In this document: one piece after another, positions 9,156 to 19,624 of the stretch
Layout of the letters: each line of letters starts with the position of its first letter
Numbering within the stretch: the first letter of the stretch is position 1
NCBI GenBank assembly: GCA_029210125.1
Contig: JARGPR010000002.1
Coordinates: forward strand, 18,919-82,918
DNA from: Pseudomonadales bacterium
Lineage (GTDB): Bacteria; Pseudomonadota; Gammaproteobacteria; Pseudomonadales; JAHRWD01
Direction: 5' to 3'
Length of the DNA: 64,000 bases
The notes under the pieces: generated by a model
The model's database searches: none
Told to the model about the DNA's origin: nothing
The model's input: only the letters and a program-made list of their open reading frames with translations
Translations under genes and position numbers: made by a program

Positions 9156-10337
9156 TCAGATACGATCGGCAATACTACCAGTCAAGCGACCAAGAGCTTG
9201 ATTGGCCTGATCTTGAAGTTGCGCCAACATATCCACAAAACGTTGATCCTGTTGCACAAACTCAGTTAACAAACTGCTCGCAGTACTGCTTTGTTGGGCG
9301 GGAGTATCTTGGGTAGGCCGTGCCGCGTCTACAAAATCCCGCGCAAAGGATGCAAGCTTATCGATGGGTGACAATACATTTGATTCTCGGGCTGGGCCTG
9401 ATACGCGAGTATAAACCGATTCAGTGACTTCTATTCTCTGCTCTTGCTGCAGATTCAACGCAAAGTTGGCGATAGACTCGTCATCGAAGCCCAGCTCACC
9501 CGCCTGCTCAAATGCACTTATTAAATCGCCATTAAAGAATTGATCCGCCAGGCTGTTCACTTTACCCAGTAGCTCTTCGATGGCTGCGGTTTCATCTGCA
9601 CTCAGGTTGCCCTGCACTTCAAAATTAACGGAGGAGTAGGATTTAAACCTGCTCACTTGCTGAATCGAAGCGCCCTCTTCCGAGTTCCTGGCATTGGTCA
9701 CTTCCATCATGCGGCTGGATCGGTCAATCTGGATGCTGACCTGGTCACCTTCCTGAGTGGTAATCTGCAGATCAAAACGGCTACTGGATTCAGCTTTAGA
9801 AACATTGTGATAACGGCTTTTGATATCCGTGATGGCACTGGGGGATGTGGGCGAAATCTGCCCCGCTAATTTGTCCAGCCCTTCGGCCATCAATGTTCCG
9901 ACATCTGCGATACCTTTGTCCAGCTCTTCGGTCATCAGGCCCATGCCGTTGATCGCCTCAGTAGCCTGCTGCAGGCCAAGTTCAACACCTTTTCGAGCGT
10001 CAGCCAGCGCAGTTTCCAGCTCTTCCTCCGAAGCCCCGTTAACCCTTAATCGGTCGACATGATTTTGCACAAAACCCAACACATTGTCGGCGACTTTTTT
10101 GGCCGAAAAGTCACCGGGCTGTACTTCAGCGGGTTTATCTACTGGACGTACCCCGAGTTTGTCTCCAATCGAACTGGTTAGTCGCTGGGACAACATCTGC
10201 TGCAGACTGACTCCGGAAAGCCCTTCGTTATGGGGTTTTATTTGAATACTGTTTGGATGAAACAATCGATTATTCGATTGCTGATGACTGACATCCCGTA
10301 GAGGTGTGAGAACATGGCTAAGGTTCATAATCGGCAT
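9156..10337 (-). CDS. acidic hypothetical protein, DUF5610-like
   Basis: 393-aa ORF. 'FSAKKVADNVLGFVQNHVDRLRVNGASEEELETALADARKGVELG' resembles DUF5610 proteins. No catalytic motif recognised. Confidence 0.5.
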   Translation of the reverse strand: MPIMNLSHVLTPLRDVSHQQSNNRLFHPNSIQIKPHNEGLSGVSLQQMLSQRLTSSIGDKLGVRPVDKPAEVQPGDFSAKKVADNVLGFVQNHVDRLRVNGASEEELETALADARKGVELGLQQATEAINGMGLMTEELDKGIADVGTLMAEGLDKLAGQISPTSPSAITDIKSRYHNVSKAESSSRFDLQITTQEGDQVSIQIDRSSRMMEVTNARNSEEGASIQQVSRFKSYSSVNFEVQGNLSADETAAIEELLGKVNSLADQFFNGDLISAFEQAGELGFDDESIANFALNLQQEQRIEVTESVYTRVSGPARESNVLSPIDKLASFARDFVDAARPTQDTPAQQSSTASSLLTEFVQQDQRFVDMLAQLQDQANQALGRLTGSIADRI

Positions 10338-10393
10338 CCATAGAACGGAATTAGAGTGATTCGTTAACCGATGTATCGGCCAGAGGCACCGAC

Positions 10394-10422
10394 ACTTTAG
10401 AACTTTTTTTACTTTAGAACTT
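10394..10422. repeat. two perfect 12-bp direct repeats, ACTTTAGAACTT, at 17-bp period
   Basis: Copies at 10394-10405 and 10411-10422, in the 98-bp spacer between the feoB stop and the start of the DUF5610-like gene. Confidence 0.6.
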
Positions 10423-10435
10423 GCTTAGAGGTTTG

Positions 10436-12691
10436 TTAGATTTGCCTCAAAGGCACAAATAAACGGTTGTGGCGCTTACCCCGCAAGTGCATGGCAACCA
10501 CGAAGATAGCAATCAGCGCCACTGAAAACAGAATCCAGAATCCAGAGCTGAGTGGGTGCCGCATAAAGGTCGCGCTTTGATAAAAGATCGTTGCGGTGGA
10601 AAAGGCCAGTGAAGTACACCAGGCCCCAGAAAATATTGCCCAATTGTAGCTGGTTTCACGAACCAATACGGCAATCGTGGATGCACAGGGGAAATAGAGC
10701 AGAACAAATAGCAAGTAGGCAAAAGCTCCAATTTTTCCGTCAAAACGTTGAACCATAGCCCCAAAGGTGCTGGCGGTAACATCCTGTTCTTCGGCCGCGG
10801 AGTCGCTGTCGCCTGCGCTTTCCAGTACTCTTAATCCTAATGGATCCGATAGGTTTTGCATCACGTCAACCAGATTTTCCGGTACGGTTTTAAACGCATC
10901 GGTAACGGCAGGGATCAATTCAAAGGGTTGCTCCTGTTGTTCCACACCCTCCTCCAGATCAATAGCTGAATAAATTGCATCCAGTGTGCCGACTACTACC
11001 TCTTTGGCGAGTACTCCGGCAAAAATACCTACGGTAGCGGGCCAGTTATCCTCTTCGATTCCCAGTGGATGGAGTAGAGGTGTCGCCACACGACTGACGG
11101 CACTGAGCACTGAATTGCGGCTGTTTTCATGACCAAATGAGCCATCGGTACCTAGTGAATTGGCTACATTGATAATAAATACCATCACCAGAATCACCTT
11201 CCCGGCTCGCAGTACAAAACCTTTCAGTTTGTCCCATGTATGCAGCAGTACATTTTTGAGGGTAGGTAAATGGTATGCGGGTAGTTCAATCATCAGCGAA
11301 TCTGATACGCCTTTCAGCACGGTTTTCTGCAAAATCAGCCCGGTAAGCACAGCAAAGGCAATTCCAATCACATAAAGCAGGAATACCATGTTTTGCCCAC
11401 CCACCGGAAAAAATGCGGCGGCAAATAGTGCGTAAACCGACAGTCGTGCTCCGCATGACATAAAAGGCGCCATCATTGACGTCATGATACGTTCACGTTC
11501 AGATCCCAGTGCACGGGTAGCCATAACAGCGGGCACGTTACAGCCAAAACCGATAATCAGCGGCACAAACGCTCGACCGGAAAGACCAATTCTGCCCAGA
11601 AAGCGGTCCATTACAAAGGCGGCCCGGGCCATATAACCGGAATCCTCCAAAAATGCCAAAAATAGATACAGCCCACCGATCACCGGGATAAAGGTAGCAA
11701 CTACCTGGATACCGCCGCCGATACCGTCGGCGATCAATACCCGCAGCCAGTCGGGGCTGCCAGCCATGCTTAACAAGTGACCAACACCATCTACAAAGAG
11801 AGCACCGCTGATTTGGTCAAAAAGATCTATAAAAGCACTGCTGATGTTGATGGAGAATAGAAACATCAGGTAGATCACCATAAAGAAGATCGGCATTCCC
11901 AGATATCTATGCAGTACTATCCGATCAACAAAATCCGAAAAGCCACCACTGCTTTTTTCAGCCTGCGATACTACCTGATTGGCGATATGCTGTGCGTATC
12001 GGTAACGATAACCATCCACTTCAATACGTGCGGCATGCGGATTTTGCTCTTTCGCATCCTCCTGTTGACACCAGTTCTCCAGTAATTGCCAACGATTTAG
12101 AGTCTCGGCTTTCGGCTCCGCCTGAATGCTAGCCATCGCGAGTTCAATTTCGTCTGAATACTGGAGTGTTGTTGTGGGTGTTTGAGGCTGGTTGCAATAA
12201 TTGTGAATCACGCTGAGCAGGTTTTTCATACCCTGGCGCCGGTGAGCCACTGTGCTAAGCACCGGACAACCAAGCTGCTCCTCAAGCAGATCGAAATTGA
12301 CCTGGTATCCAGCACGCTCAGCAGTGTCGACCATATTGACCACCACGACTAAAGGAGCGCCCATCTCGATCAGTTGCAGGGTCAGGAATAACCCACGTTC
12401 AAGATTGCTGGCATCAACAATATTGATAACCAGATCCGCTTCACCCTGCTGGATATACTCCGTGGCGATTTTTTCATCAATCGCTTCGCGATCATTGGTT
12501 AATGCATAACAGCCAGGCAGATCAATCAGACGATAATCCTGACTTTTGTAACGAAAGCTGCCTTCCTTGCGATCTACGGTGACACCGGGCCAATTGCCGG
12601 TCTTTTGGCGAGCGCCTGTCAAGGCGTTAAATAAAGTGGTTTTGCCGCAGTTAGGGTTGCCGACTACTGCAACCGTACGGTTGTTACCCAT
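10436..12691 (-). CDS. feoB: ferrous iron transporter FeoB
   Basis: N-terminal G domain ('VGNPNCGKTTLFNALTG', 'DLPG', 'NMVD') followed by a polytopic membrane domain. Length is 751 aa. Confidence 0.95.
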   Translation of the reverse strand: MGNNRTVAVVGNPNCGKTTLFNALTGARQKTGNWPGVTVDRKEGSFRYKSQDYRLIDLPGCYALTNDREAIDEKIATEYIQQGEADLVINIVDASNLERGLFLTLQLIEMGAPLVVVVNMVDTAERAGYQVNFDLLEEQLGCPVLSTVAHRRQGMKNLLSVIHNYCNQPQTPTTTLQYSDEIELAMASIQAEPKAETLNRWQLLENWCQQEDAKEQNPHAARIEVDGYRYRYAQHIANQVVSQAEKSSGGFSDFVDRIVLHRYLGMPIFFMVIYLMFLFSINISSAFIDLFDQISGALFVDGVGHLLSMAGSPDWLRVLIADGIGGGIQVVATFIPVIGGLYLFLAFLEDSGYMARAAFVMDRFLGRIGLSGRAFVPLIIGFGCNVPAVMATRALGSERERIMTSMMAPFMSCGARLSVYALFAAAFFPVGGQNMVFLLYVIGIAFAVLTGLILQKTVLKGVSDSLMIELPAYHLPTLKNVLLHTWDKLKGFVLRAGKVILVMVFIINVANSLGTDGSFGHENSRNSVLSAVSRVATPLLHPLGIEEDNWPATVGIFAGVLAKEVVVGTLDAIYSAIDLEEGVEQQEQPFELIPAVTDAFKTVPENLVDVMQNLSDPLGLRVLESAGDSDSAAEEQDVTASTFGAMVQRFDGKIGAFAYLLFVLLYFPCASTIAVLVRETSYNWAIFSGAWCTSLAFSTATIFYQSATFMRHPLSSGFWILFSVALIAIFVVAMHLRGKRHNRLFVPLRQI

Positions 12692-12917
12692 TTAGAGGTT
12701 TCACTCCAATTCGGTTCGCTATTTTTTTGCCCAGCGCTATCCGCAGTCTATTGCGGCCAACTACAACTGAGCCCTTACGGTTGTGCAATATTTCAAGCTC
12801 AACACCCGGCGGTATACCCATACAAAGCAGACGCCGGCTAAGCTGGCCATCTTCAATATTAGACAACATGACATGTTGGCCTGAAGGTATCTCTGACAAA
12901 AACTGGAACTGGGACAT
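12684..12917 (-). CDS. feoA: ferrous iron transport protein FeoA
   Basis: 77-aa ORF that overlaps the feoB start by 8 nt. FeoA-like 'G..V.I.........LRRLL.MGI.PG..' pattern. Confidence 0.85.
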   Translation of the reverse strand: MSQFQFLSEIPSGQHVMLSNIEDGQLSRRLLCMGIPPGVELEILHNRKGSVVVGRNRLRIALGKKIANRIGVKPLNG

Positions 12918-12947
12918 AGGAGTTATAGCGAACTCTATCGCACTTCT

Positions 12948-12969
12948 TAATGATAACGATTTTCATTAT
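12948..12969. promoter_or_regulatory. candidate Fur box upstream of feoAB
   Basis: TGATAACGATTTTCA (12951-12965) matches the 7-1-7 Fur motif TGATAATnATTATCA at 12 of 14 positions. It lies 34-48 nt upstream of the feoA start codon. Confidence 0.6.
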
Positions 12970-13161
12970 AGATTAGAGGCCTCTGTACCGCAATCCATAC
13001 GCCCGCAAATACCACTCAACCCGAGCTTTACCCTTGACTTATGTGACCTGCATCAAGCCATTGATTCAGACCCATTTGAGAAATCCTTGTGCCCTCAAAT
13101 TATTACCCTATCGAACGAAGGCCTCATGCTTTGCCTAATCCGCAAACAACCCGCCCTTGCA

Positions 13162-16100
13162 TCAGAGTTCTGATGCCGCTTTATCGTAGTCAAATTCTTT
13201 AAAACTGACACGATAAAATATCGAATAAAGCAGCGGAATAAAGCCAAGGGTTAACAGGGTCGCCAATGCCAATCCAAATACAATCGCGATAGCCATGGTA
13301 TCGAACATACTGCCAGTCAGCATCAGCGGCATCAAACCACCAATTGTAGTGGCTGTGGTCACGAGAATCGGCCTTAGTCGACGCTGGGCTGCAACGACTA
13401 TCGCCATATCTGGCTTCATGCCATTTTGGGTAATTTCAATATTGACTCGATCGAGCAGTACAATCGCATTGTTCACCACAATTCCAGCCAGCGAGATAAT
13501 GCCCAGGAAGGTCAGAATACCGAAATAGCTGTTCATCATCAGCAAGCCGGCTACCACACCAATCAGGCTCATGGGAATGGTGCAGAGGATAATGAGCGGT
13601 TTACGGAAGGAGTTAAACTGCCAGATAAGCAGCATGATGATCACCATCACACCAATTGGCATTTTCGCTTGGATTGCACCGCTTGCCTTGGCTGATTCGT
13701 AGGCTGCTCCGGTCACTTCATAGCGATAACCCGCGGGCCAACTAGTGGCCTGCTCATCAAGCCACACAGACAATTCAGCGGAGATTGCCTCGGAGGTAAA
13801 CCCTTCTTTAAGCTCTGACGAAACCGTCACTGCGCGGGAGCGATCACGGCGGAAGATTTTAGCGGGTTCCCAGACCACCTCAACCGCAGCAACCTGACTC
13901 AGCGGAACCGAAGTACCACGAGACTGGGAGTAAACCTGCATACTTTCAAGCTTATCCAGACCCGGTCGTGTAGCCTGCACTGAACGCAGGGTTACCGGAA
14001 TCAGATCCACATCTTCACGAAAATGGGTCACGTTAATGCCGCTTAATCCAGCCTGCAATGAAGTTGCAATATCCTGACTACTGACACCGGCTCGACGGGC
14101 TTTGGCCTGGTCGATTCGAATGTAAAACTTCTTCGCCCAACTGCCCCAGTCATCCGATACTTCGTGGGTACCTTCCATCGATTCAAGTTTTCGCTGAACC
14201 TGACCTGCAATTTCAAACAGGGTATTTATTTCTTTACCGGTCAGCCTCACACCCACAGGCGATTTGACGGGGGGCCCCTCAACCGTTCGCTTTACCACTG
14301 CTGTGACGTCCGGATAATTTTGAAATATAAAATCATTCATACCTGCAACGATGTCCGGAACGATATCGGAATCAGTGGTATTGATCATCATTGATGCGTA
14401 TTCCGATGTGGGTGGTTCCGGGGTCCAGTTAAGCGTATAACGGGTTCCACCGCTGCCGATAAAACTTGCCCAACTGTCGATACCCCGGCCATCTTCTCTG
14501 TTTTCCGCTTTCCATGTTTTTGACATGTAGGCTTCCAGATCCGACACCATCGCCTCGGTTCGTTCAATCGGCGCACCCACAGGCAGATCAATTTCAGCGG
14601 TGATCAGCGGCACCATCGCCTTAGGGAAAAAGGCCTTCGGTAATATTGCAAAGCCCTGCATACTGCCAATAAAAATAGCGATCAACGCAACCAATGTTAA
14701 CAGACGATGTTTCAGTACAAATATCAACGCACCCCGGTAACTTCGGTACATCACGCTGGTGTAACTTTCCGATAATGAACGCGCAACACTATCTTTTGTT
14801 TTAAGGAAAACAACACAGAGAAGCGGGATCATCGTTAAGGTCAACACAAATGAGCTCAGCAACGTGATCGTTACTACCTTGAACAATGCGGAGGTAAATT
14901 CACCGGAAACAGATTCGGCCAAAAATTGTGGTAGAAATGCAGCGGAGGTGGTCAACGAAGAGGTTAGTAATGGAATCTTTAATTCATTAGCGGATTCAAT
15001 CGCCGCTTTCGCGGTTGATTTACCCTGACGAGTCAACACCACAATCGACTCTACCATCACCACGGCATTATCCACTAACAGACCAAGCGAGATCATCAAA
15101 GCCGCCATCGAAATTTTGTGCAGGCCGATATCGAGAAAATTCATCACAATGAAACCCAGCAAAATTGCCATTGGCATCAAGGTGGACACGATTAAACCAT
15201 TCCGGATTCCTAATGCCATCAGCGCAATAATAGCGACGGCAAAAATTGCCTGCGCCAGGCTCAAAAAGAACTCGCTTAACATCTGTTCTACTTTAACCGG
15301 CTCAAACGCGACGATATTGAATTCAACACCAATCGGATAAATGCTTTTTAAGCGCTCAACCAAAGACTGGCTTTCTTCCCCTAACAACAGAATGTTTTCA
15401 CCATCAACCATTGAAATCGCAATGCCTAACGCGGTAACACCATTGGCATGCATACGGGCCACCGCAGGGTCCACATATCCAGAACGAATAGTGGCTATAT
15501 CCCGCAGATAAACCAGCTGTTTTTTACCTGGAATATCGATAATGGTATTACCAAGGTCTGCAATCGTTTCGTAGTTACCACTGGGTTCAATGGAGATACG
15601 CTCCATGCCAGTTGAGATCGATCCGCCGGGATCGATAATATTCCGATTGCGCAAAGCTTGCGCGAGCTGAGCGGGAGATATCCCAATTTCAGCAAGACGG
15701 GTATTGTCATACTCAATGAAGAAGCGCTCTTCTTGGGCTCCTAAAATATCGACCTTCGCAACCGCATCCAGCATCAGGAATTCGTCACGGACTTCATCGG
15801 CAATATCCTTCACTTCGGCGTAGCTATAATCCTCGCCAGTGATCGAAACAATAATGCCAAATACATCACCAAATTCATCATTTACAATTGGGCCAACTAC
15901 TCCAGGCGGTAAGGCGGACGTGGCTTGTTCGACCTTGCGCCGAAGGTTGTCCCATATTGGTCGCAGGTCAAAATACTTCTCTTTCAGAGCAACAATTATG
16001 ATCGAGGTGCCGACCTTAGATTCACTACTGATAAAATCCAGTTCAGGAATTTCCTGAACCTTTTTTTCAATTTTGTCAGTAATCAGTTTTTCAACACGTT

Positions 16101-16269
16101 CCGGGCTGGCACCGGGAAGCAATGTCACGATTCGCGCCACACGAATGGTTATTTGTGGATCTGCAGAACGCGACAAACTAAAAAATGAACTAATTGAAAC
16201 GATCAACACCAGAGTCAATGCAAATAGAGTAACCCGACTGTTTTTTAACGCATATTCAGTAATACTCAC
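13162..16269 (-). CDS. RND efflux transporter permease (AcrB/HAE family)
   Basis: 1035 aa with a 12-TMS two-loop RND layout. It follows an adaptor gene with a 2-nt gap. Confidence 0.9.
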   Translation of the reverse strand: MSITEYALKNSRVTLFALTLVLIVSISSFFSLSRSADPQITIRVARIVTLLPGASPERVEKLITDKIEKKVQEIPELDFISSESKVGTSIIIVALKEKYFDLRPIWDNLRRKVEQATSALPPGVVGPIVNDEFGDVFGIIVSITGEDYSYAEVKDIADEVRDEFLMLDAVAKVDILGAQEERFFIEYDNTRLAEIGISPAQLAQALRNRNIIDPGGSISTGMERISIEPSGNYETIADLGNTIIDIPGKKQLVYLRDIATIRSGYVDPAVARMHANGVTALGIAISMVDGENILLLGEESQSLVERLKSIYPIGVEFNIVAFEPVKVEQMLSEFFLSLAQAIFAVAIIALMALGIRNGLIVSTLMPMAILLGFIVMNFLDIGLHKISMAALMISLGLLVDNAVVMVESIVVLTRQGKSTAKAAIESANELKIPLLTSSLTTSAAFLPQFLAESVSGEFTSALFKVVTITLLSSFVLTLTMIPLLCVVFLKTKDSVARSLSESYTSVMYRSYRGALIFVLKHRLLTLVALIAIFIGSMQGFAILPKAFFPKAMVPLITAEIDLPVGAPIERTEAMVSDLEAYMSKTWKAENREDGRGIDSWASFIGSGGTRYTLNWTPEPPTSEYASMMINTTDSDIVPDIVAGMNDFIFQNYPDVTAVVKRTVEGPPVKSPVGVRLTGKEINTLFEIAGQVQRKLESMEGTHEVSDDWGSWAKKFYIRIDQAKARRAGVSSQDIATSLQAGLSGINVTHFREDVDLIPVTLRSVQATRPGLDKLESMQVYSQSRGTSVPLSQVAAVEVVWEPAKIFRRDRSRAVTVSSELKEGFTSEAISAELSVWLDEQATSWPAGYRYEVTGAAYESAKASGAIQAKMPIGVMVIIMLLIWQFNSFRKPLIILCTIPMSLIGVVAGLLMMNSYFGILTFLGIISLAGIVVNNAIVLLDRVNIEITQNGMKPDMAIVVAAQRRLRPILVTTATTIGGLMPLMLTGSMFDTMAIAIVFGLALATLLTLGFIPLLYSIFYRVSFKEFDYDKAASEL

Positions 16270-16271
16270 AG

Positions 16272-17405
16272 CTAGACACCTGACATACGTTTGAGCTTGA
16301 CGACCTGCCCCGGATTGATCCGGGATACGCCCGCAGTAATCACGTGGGAACCGCTATTTAGGCCATCGATGATTTCGATTGTGGTGGAACTCAAGCGGCC
16401 CACGGTAACCTTAGCTCGCTTTACCTTGGCGAAACCCTTACGATTCGGCAACGGTTCGGCCACATAGACAAAGCGACCACTACTGTCCTCACTCACAGCG
16501 GAGAGAGGTACGCTATAAATAGGGGTATCTCGTGTTTCCGGCATTTGAAAAATAACCTCTGCCGACATTCCCGATTGTATTTGCGGCGCTGCGGTTTTCA
16601 GCATAAGTGTTACGGGATACATGGAGCCAAACTCGGTAGCAGCGATACCGACCTCATTAACCGTTGCTACAAATAATTGTTCCCCAAGGGCGGAAAATTT
16701 TAACTGGGCTTCAACGGATTTATTGAGTTTTTGAATCAGGGTAGCGGGCACCGCTGTGGTAATTTCTACTTCGTCACCGCAGTTTAATACGGCGACTACC
16801 TGACCGGCAGCTACGTTTTCATCTGCCTCGGTATTGAGTTGCGCCACCAGACAATCCGCTGGCGACTGTAGCTGGGTGTATCCAAGTTGGCGATGAGCCA
16901 GATCAAGCTGGCTTTTGGCGGCTCGCACCCCCGCATCTACTGAAGATTTTTTGGAACGCATATCATCAAGGGAGCTGATCGATGCATTGCCGCGATCATA
17001 TAGACCTTTGATACGCTCCAGTGTCAAACGTGCATTTTCAGCATTGGCCTGGGCTTGCTCGAGGCCAGCCTCGGCGGAGCTAAGTCGCAATTTATAGTCT
17101 GCTTGTTCAAGCTTGGCGATCAAACCACCCTTTTTAATTCGATCCCCAACCTCAACAGCCACCTGAGTGACTAAACCCGGAACTCGAAAACTCTGTTTCG
17201 ATTCAACTTTAGAGCGTGCTGTACCAGGATAGCGATAGAGGCGAACATTGGAGTCGGGCTGAGCAATAAGGTAGCGAACCGGTCGAATCAGTTCCTCTTT
17301 GGTTTCGGTCTCTTTTTTGGAGCAACCGCTTAGTAGGGGTGTGAGCAGAGCTGCTGACAACAGAAAAAAGACAACGACTTTGCGTCGATTTCCGAAAAAA
17401 ATCAT
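16272..17405 (-). CDS. RND efflux periplasmic adaptor (membrane fusion) lipoprotein
   Basis: Lipobox 'LLSGCSKK', coiled-coil hairpin and beta-barrel regions typical of HlyD/AcrA-type adaptors. Start chosen at MIFFGNRRK (17405). Confidence 0.85.
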   Translation of the reverse strand: MIFFGNRRKVVVFFLLSAALLTPLLSGCSKKETETKEELIRPVRYLIAQPDSNVRLYRYPGTARSKVESKQSFRVPGLVTQVAVEVGDRIKKGGLIAKLEQADYKLRLSSAEAGLEQAQANAENARLTLERIKGLYDRGNASISSLDDMRSKKSSVDAGVRAAKSQLDLAHRQLGYTQLQSPADCLVAQLNTEADENVAAGQVVAVLNCGDEVEITTAVPATLIQKLNKSVEAQLKFSALGEQLFVATVNEVGIAATEFGSMYPVTLMLKTAAPQIQSGMSAEVIFQMPETRDTPIYSVPLSAVSEDSSGRFVYVAEPLPNRKGFAKVKRAKVTVGRLSSTTIEIIDGLNSGSHVITAGVSRINPGQVVKLKRMSGV

Positions 17406-17609
17406 AATAATCTCTGGGGATATAGTCTGGAAATATAAATAGTCAGGTAAAAACAGAAAACCGAGCAACGCCATCCTGAGCTGCATAGCTTTGGTGATAT
17501 CAGGCGATATTCCAAACAGCTAAATGTTTCTAGTGACTACATGTTTGTGGTGTACGCAAACGGGGCATTTAAACCGCCGAGCAGTATAGCAAATTAATCA
17601 ATAAATATA

Positions 17610-18233
17610 TCAGCTTGAGTCCGGGGTTGGTTCACGCCGGACAACTTGAGAAAGCATCTTTGTCAACGGCATGCGCATGATCATCAATAGCGTATAGACT
17701 AGCAAATAAATAGCTGGTTCGAACCAGCCCAGTTTGATTAACAAAAAATAGTGCAGTATACCAAGAGCGGCAATCAAATATACTGATCGGTGCAGCTGTT
17801 TCCAGCGCTTCCCCAGTCGCCGCATCATTTTTTTAGTTGATGTGATGGCAAGAGGAATCAACAAAACGAATGCCACCATACCGGCCATTATGAAGGGTCG
17901 CTCTACCAGGTCGTAGTAGATTTCATACCAGTCAAAAAACTGGTCAAGAACAATATAGCTACTGAGGTGAACCGTAACGTAGAAAAACCCAAAAAGCCCT
18001 AGCATCCGTCGAATACGGAATGGCCAAACGGCACCCAGGCCACGCTGAAGCGGTGTAGCCATTAGAGCAATCAGTAGCATTCGCAGTGCCCAGGTACCGC
18101 TAAAACGCGTAACCCATTCGATAGGATTTGCGCCAAGTTCATCCATCAAAAACAGAGTCGCCAAATAGGCCAACGGTAGACAGCAAAGAACAAAACAGAC
18201 TGGCTTTATATGTTTTACAAGTAAGGTACGCAT
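17610..18233 (-). CDS. msrQ: protein-methionine-sulfoxide reductase haem-binding subunit MsrQ (YedZ)
   Basis: 207-aa six-TMS ferric-reductase-like protein, immediately downstream of msrP. Confidence 0.85.
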   Translation of the reverse strand: MRTLLVKHIKPVCFVLCCLPLAYLATLFLMDELGANPIEWVTRFSGTWALRMLLIALMATPLQRGLGAVWPFRIRRMLGLFGFFYVTVHLSSYIVLDQFFDWYEIYYDLVERPFIMAGMVAFVLLIPLAITSTKKMMRRLGKRWKQLHRSVYLIAALGILHYFLLIKLGWFEPAIYLLVYTLLMIMRMPLTKMLSQVVRREPTPDSS

Positions 18234-18267
18234 CTGCGATCTGTATTCGTTGAAAGTTTTGGATTAA

Positions 18268-19230
18268 CTAGAAATAGCGCTTTAGATCCATACCCTGATA
18301 AAGACCGGCCACCTGATCACCATAGCCGTTAAAAGCAAGGGTTGGCCGCTTGCGGAACTCTCCGATACGTCGCTCTTTGCGTTGACTCCAACGAGGGTGA
18401 TTCACCTTCGGGTTTACGTTGGCGTAAAAACCATACTCCCGTGGATTGGCGAGATTCCAGCTTGTGGCGGGTTCAGTTTCCGTAAAGCGGATGACTACAA
18501 TCGACTTAATACTTTTAAAGCCATATTTCCAGGGAACTACCAGTCGAAATGGTGCGCCATTTTGCCCCAGTAAGTCTTTTCCATAAAGGCCCGTCGCCAT
18601 AAATGCCAAAGGGTGCATCGCTTCATCAAGCCGCAGTCCTTCAACATAGGGCCAGTCCAACGCCCTACCCTTTTGCCCTGGCATTTGCGCCGGATCATAC
18701 AGGGTTTCAAATTGCACATATTTTGCGGCAGAGGTGGGTTTGAGTTTATTGATTAGGTCGGAAAGGGCAAAACCGTACCAGGGAATCACCATTGACCAGG
18801 CCTCAACACAACGCAATCGATAGATTCGTTCCTCCTGTTGAACACCCTTTAGTAGATCCTCCAGATCGAAAGTGCCTGCTTTTTCGACCGCACCCTCTAC
18901 TTTCACGCTCCAGGGTTTAACCTTGAAGTCCGCCGCATATTTCGCCGGATCAGACTTACCCAGACCAAACTCGTAAAAATTGTTATAGCTCGTCACATCT
19001 TTATAGGGTGTCAGTTCATCCGCCGCTTGTGCAGGTTGAGAGGACGCCTGATCCCGGCCGTCATCGGTAGCTGCGTCGCTGCAGGCGGACAACAGCAACG
19101 ACGGCGCGATGGCTGCCAGGCCCAGACCACGGGCCGACACCTCCATAAATCGACGGCGCTGAAGATAGAGCGAATGATCGGTGACTTCAGATTCAAGGCA
19201 ATCATGCGTGCTGCGAGATTTAATCAACAT
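18268..19230 (-). CDS. msrP: protein-methionine-sulfoxide reductase molybdopterin subunit MsrP (YedY)
   Basis: Tat signal '[17 protein letters not shown]' and the '[10 protein letters not shown]' motif typical of YedY. Confidence 0.9.
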   Translation of the reverse strand: MLIKSRSTHDCLESEVTDHSLYLQRRRFMEVSARGLGLAAIAPSLLLSACSDAATDDGRDQASSQPAQAADELTPYKDVTSYNNFYEFGLGKSDPAKYAADFKVKPWSVKVEGAVEKAGTFDLEDLLKGVQQEERIYRLRCVEAWSMVIPWYGFALSDLINKLKPTSAAKYVQFETLYDPAQMPGQKGRALDWPYVEGLRLDEAMHPLAFMATGLYGKDLLGQNGAPFRLVVPWKYGFKSIKSIVVIRFTETEPATSWNLANPREYGFYANVNPKVNHPRWSQRKERRIGEFRKRPTLAFNGYGDQVAGLYQGMDLKRYF

Positions 19231-19624
19231 GTTGAAATATACCTTAATGTGTAAAACTGCTCGGGGCGGTTAAAACCGCAGAGTTCGATCAATGGACATT
19301 TTGCAGTCAAAGCTAACAGTAGATGTTCAATTGCCACTCGAATCCTGAAAATTGCATAAATTATATTCTGTTCTAGGCTTAACGTGATAGATGGCACACT
19401 AGATCCCGCTTTTACTTTGTGTGGAATAGTGTTTTATACGTGGAAAAATACTGGCATCCACAGTACTCAATTGATAGATAACCACAGAGTCATCATTGAG
19501 CGTGACCACTGAACCAAAACAATTGACCTTGATTACAAGCAAAGAGTTCCGCAGAGACCTGTTGTTCAAGTTTTGGTGCGTAAATAATAAAAACGAATAA
19601 GTTGCCAATAAATGGAAGTTGATT

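Noticed and set aside
12727-13173. A 148-aa plus-strand ORF spans the feoA region and the feoA-RND spacer.
   Set aside because: It runs antisense to feoA and through the Fur-box/promoter region. Its composition is low-complexity and it has no motif or RBS. It is most likely a shadow ORF.
19392-19410. A TGGCAC sequence upstream of the first kinase was considered as a sigma-54 -24 element.
   Set aside because: There is no TTGC-like -12 element at the required spacing, and no enhancer-binding protein gene is nearby.
19399-19608. A 69-aa minus-strand ORF lies in the msrP-kinase intergenic region.
   Set aside because: It has no RBS, an odd composition and no motif. The region is more plausibly divergent promoter DNA.
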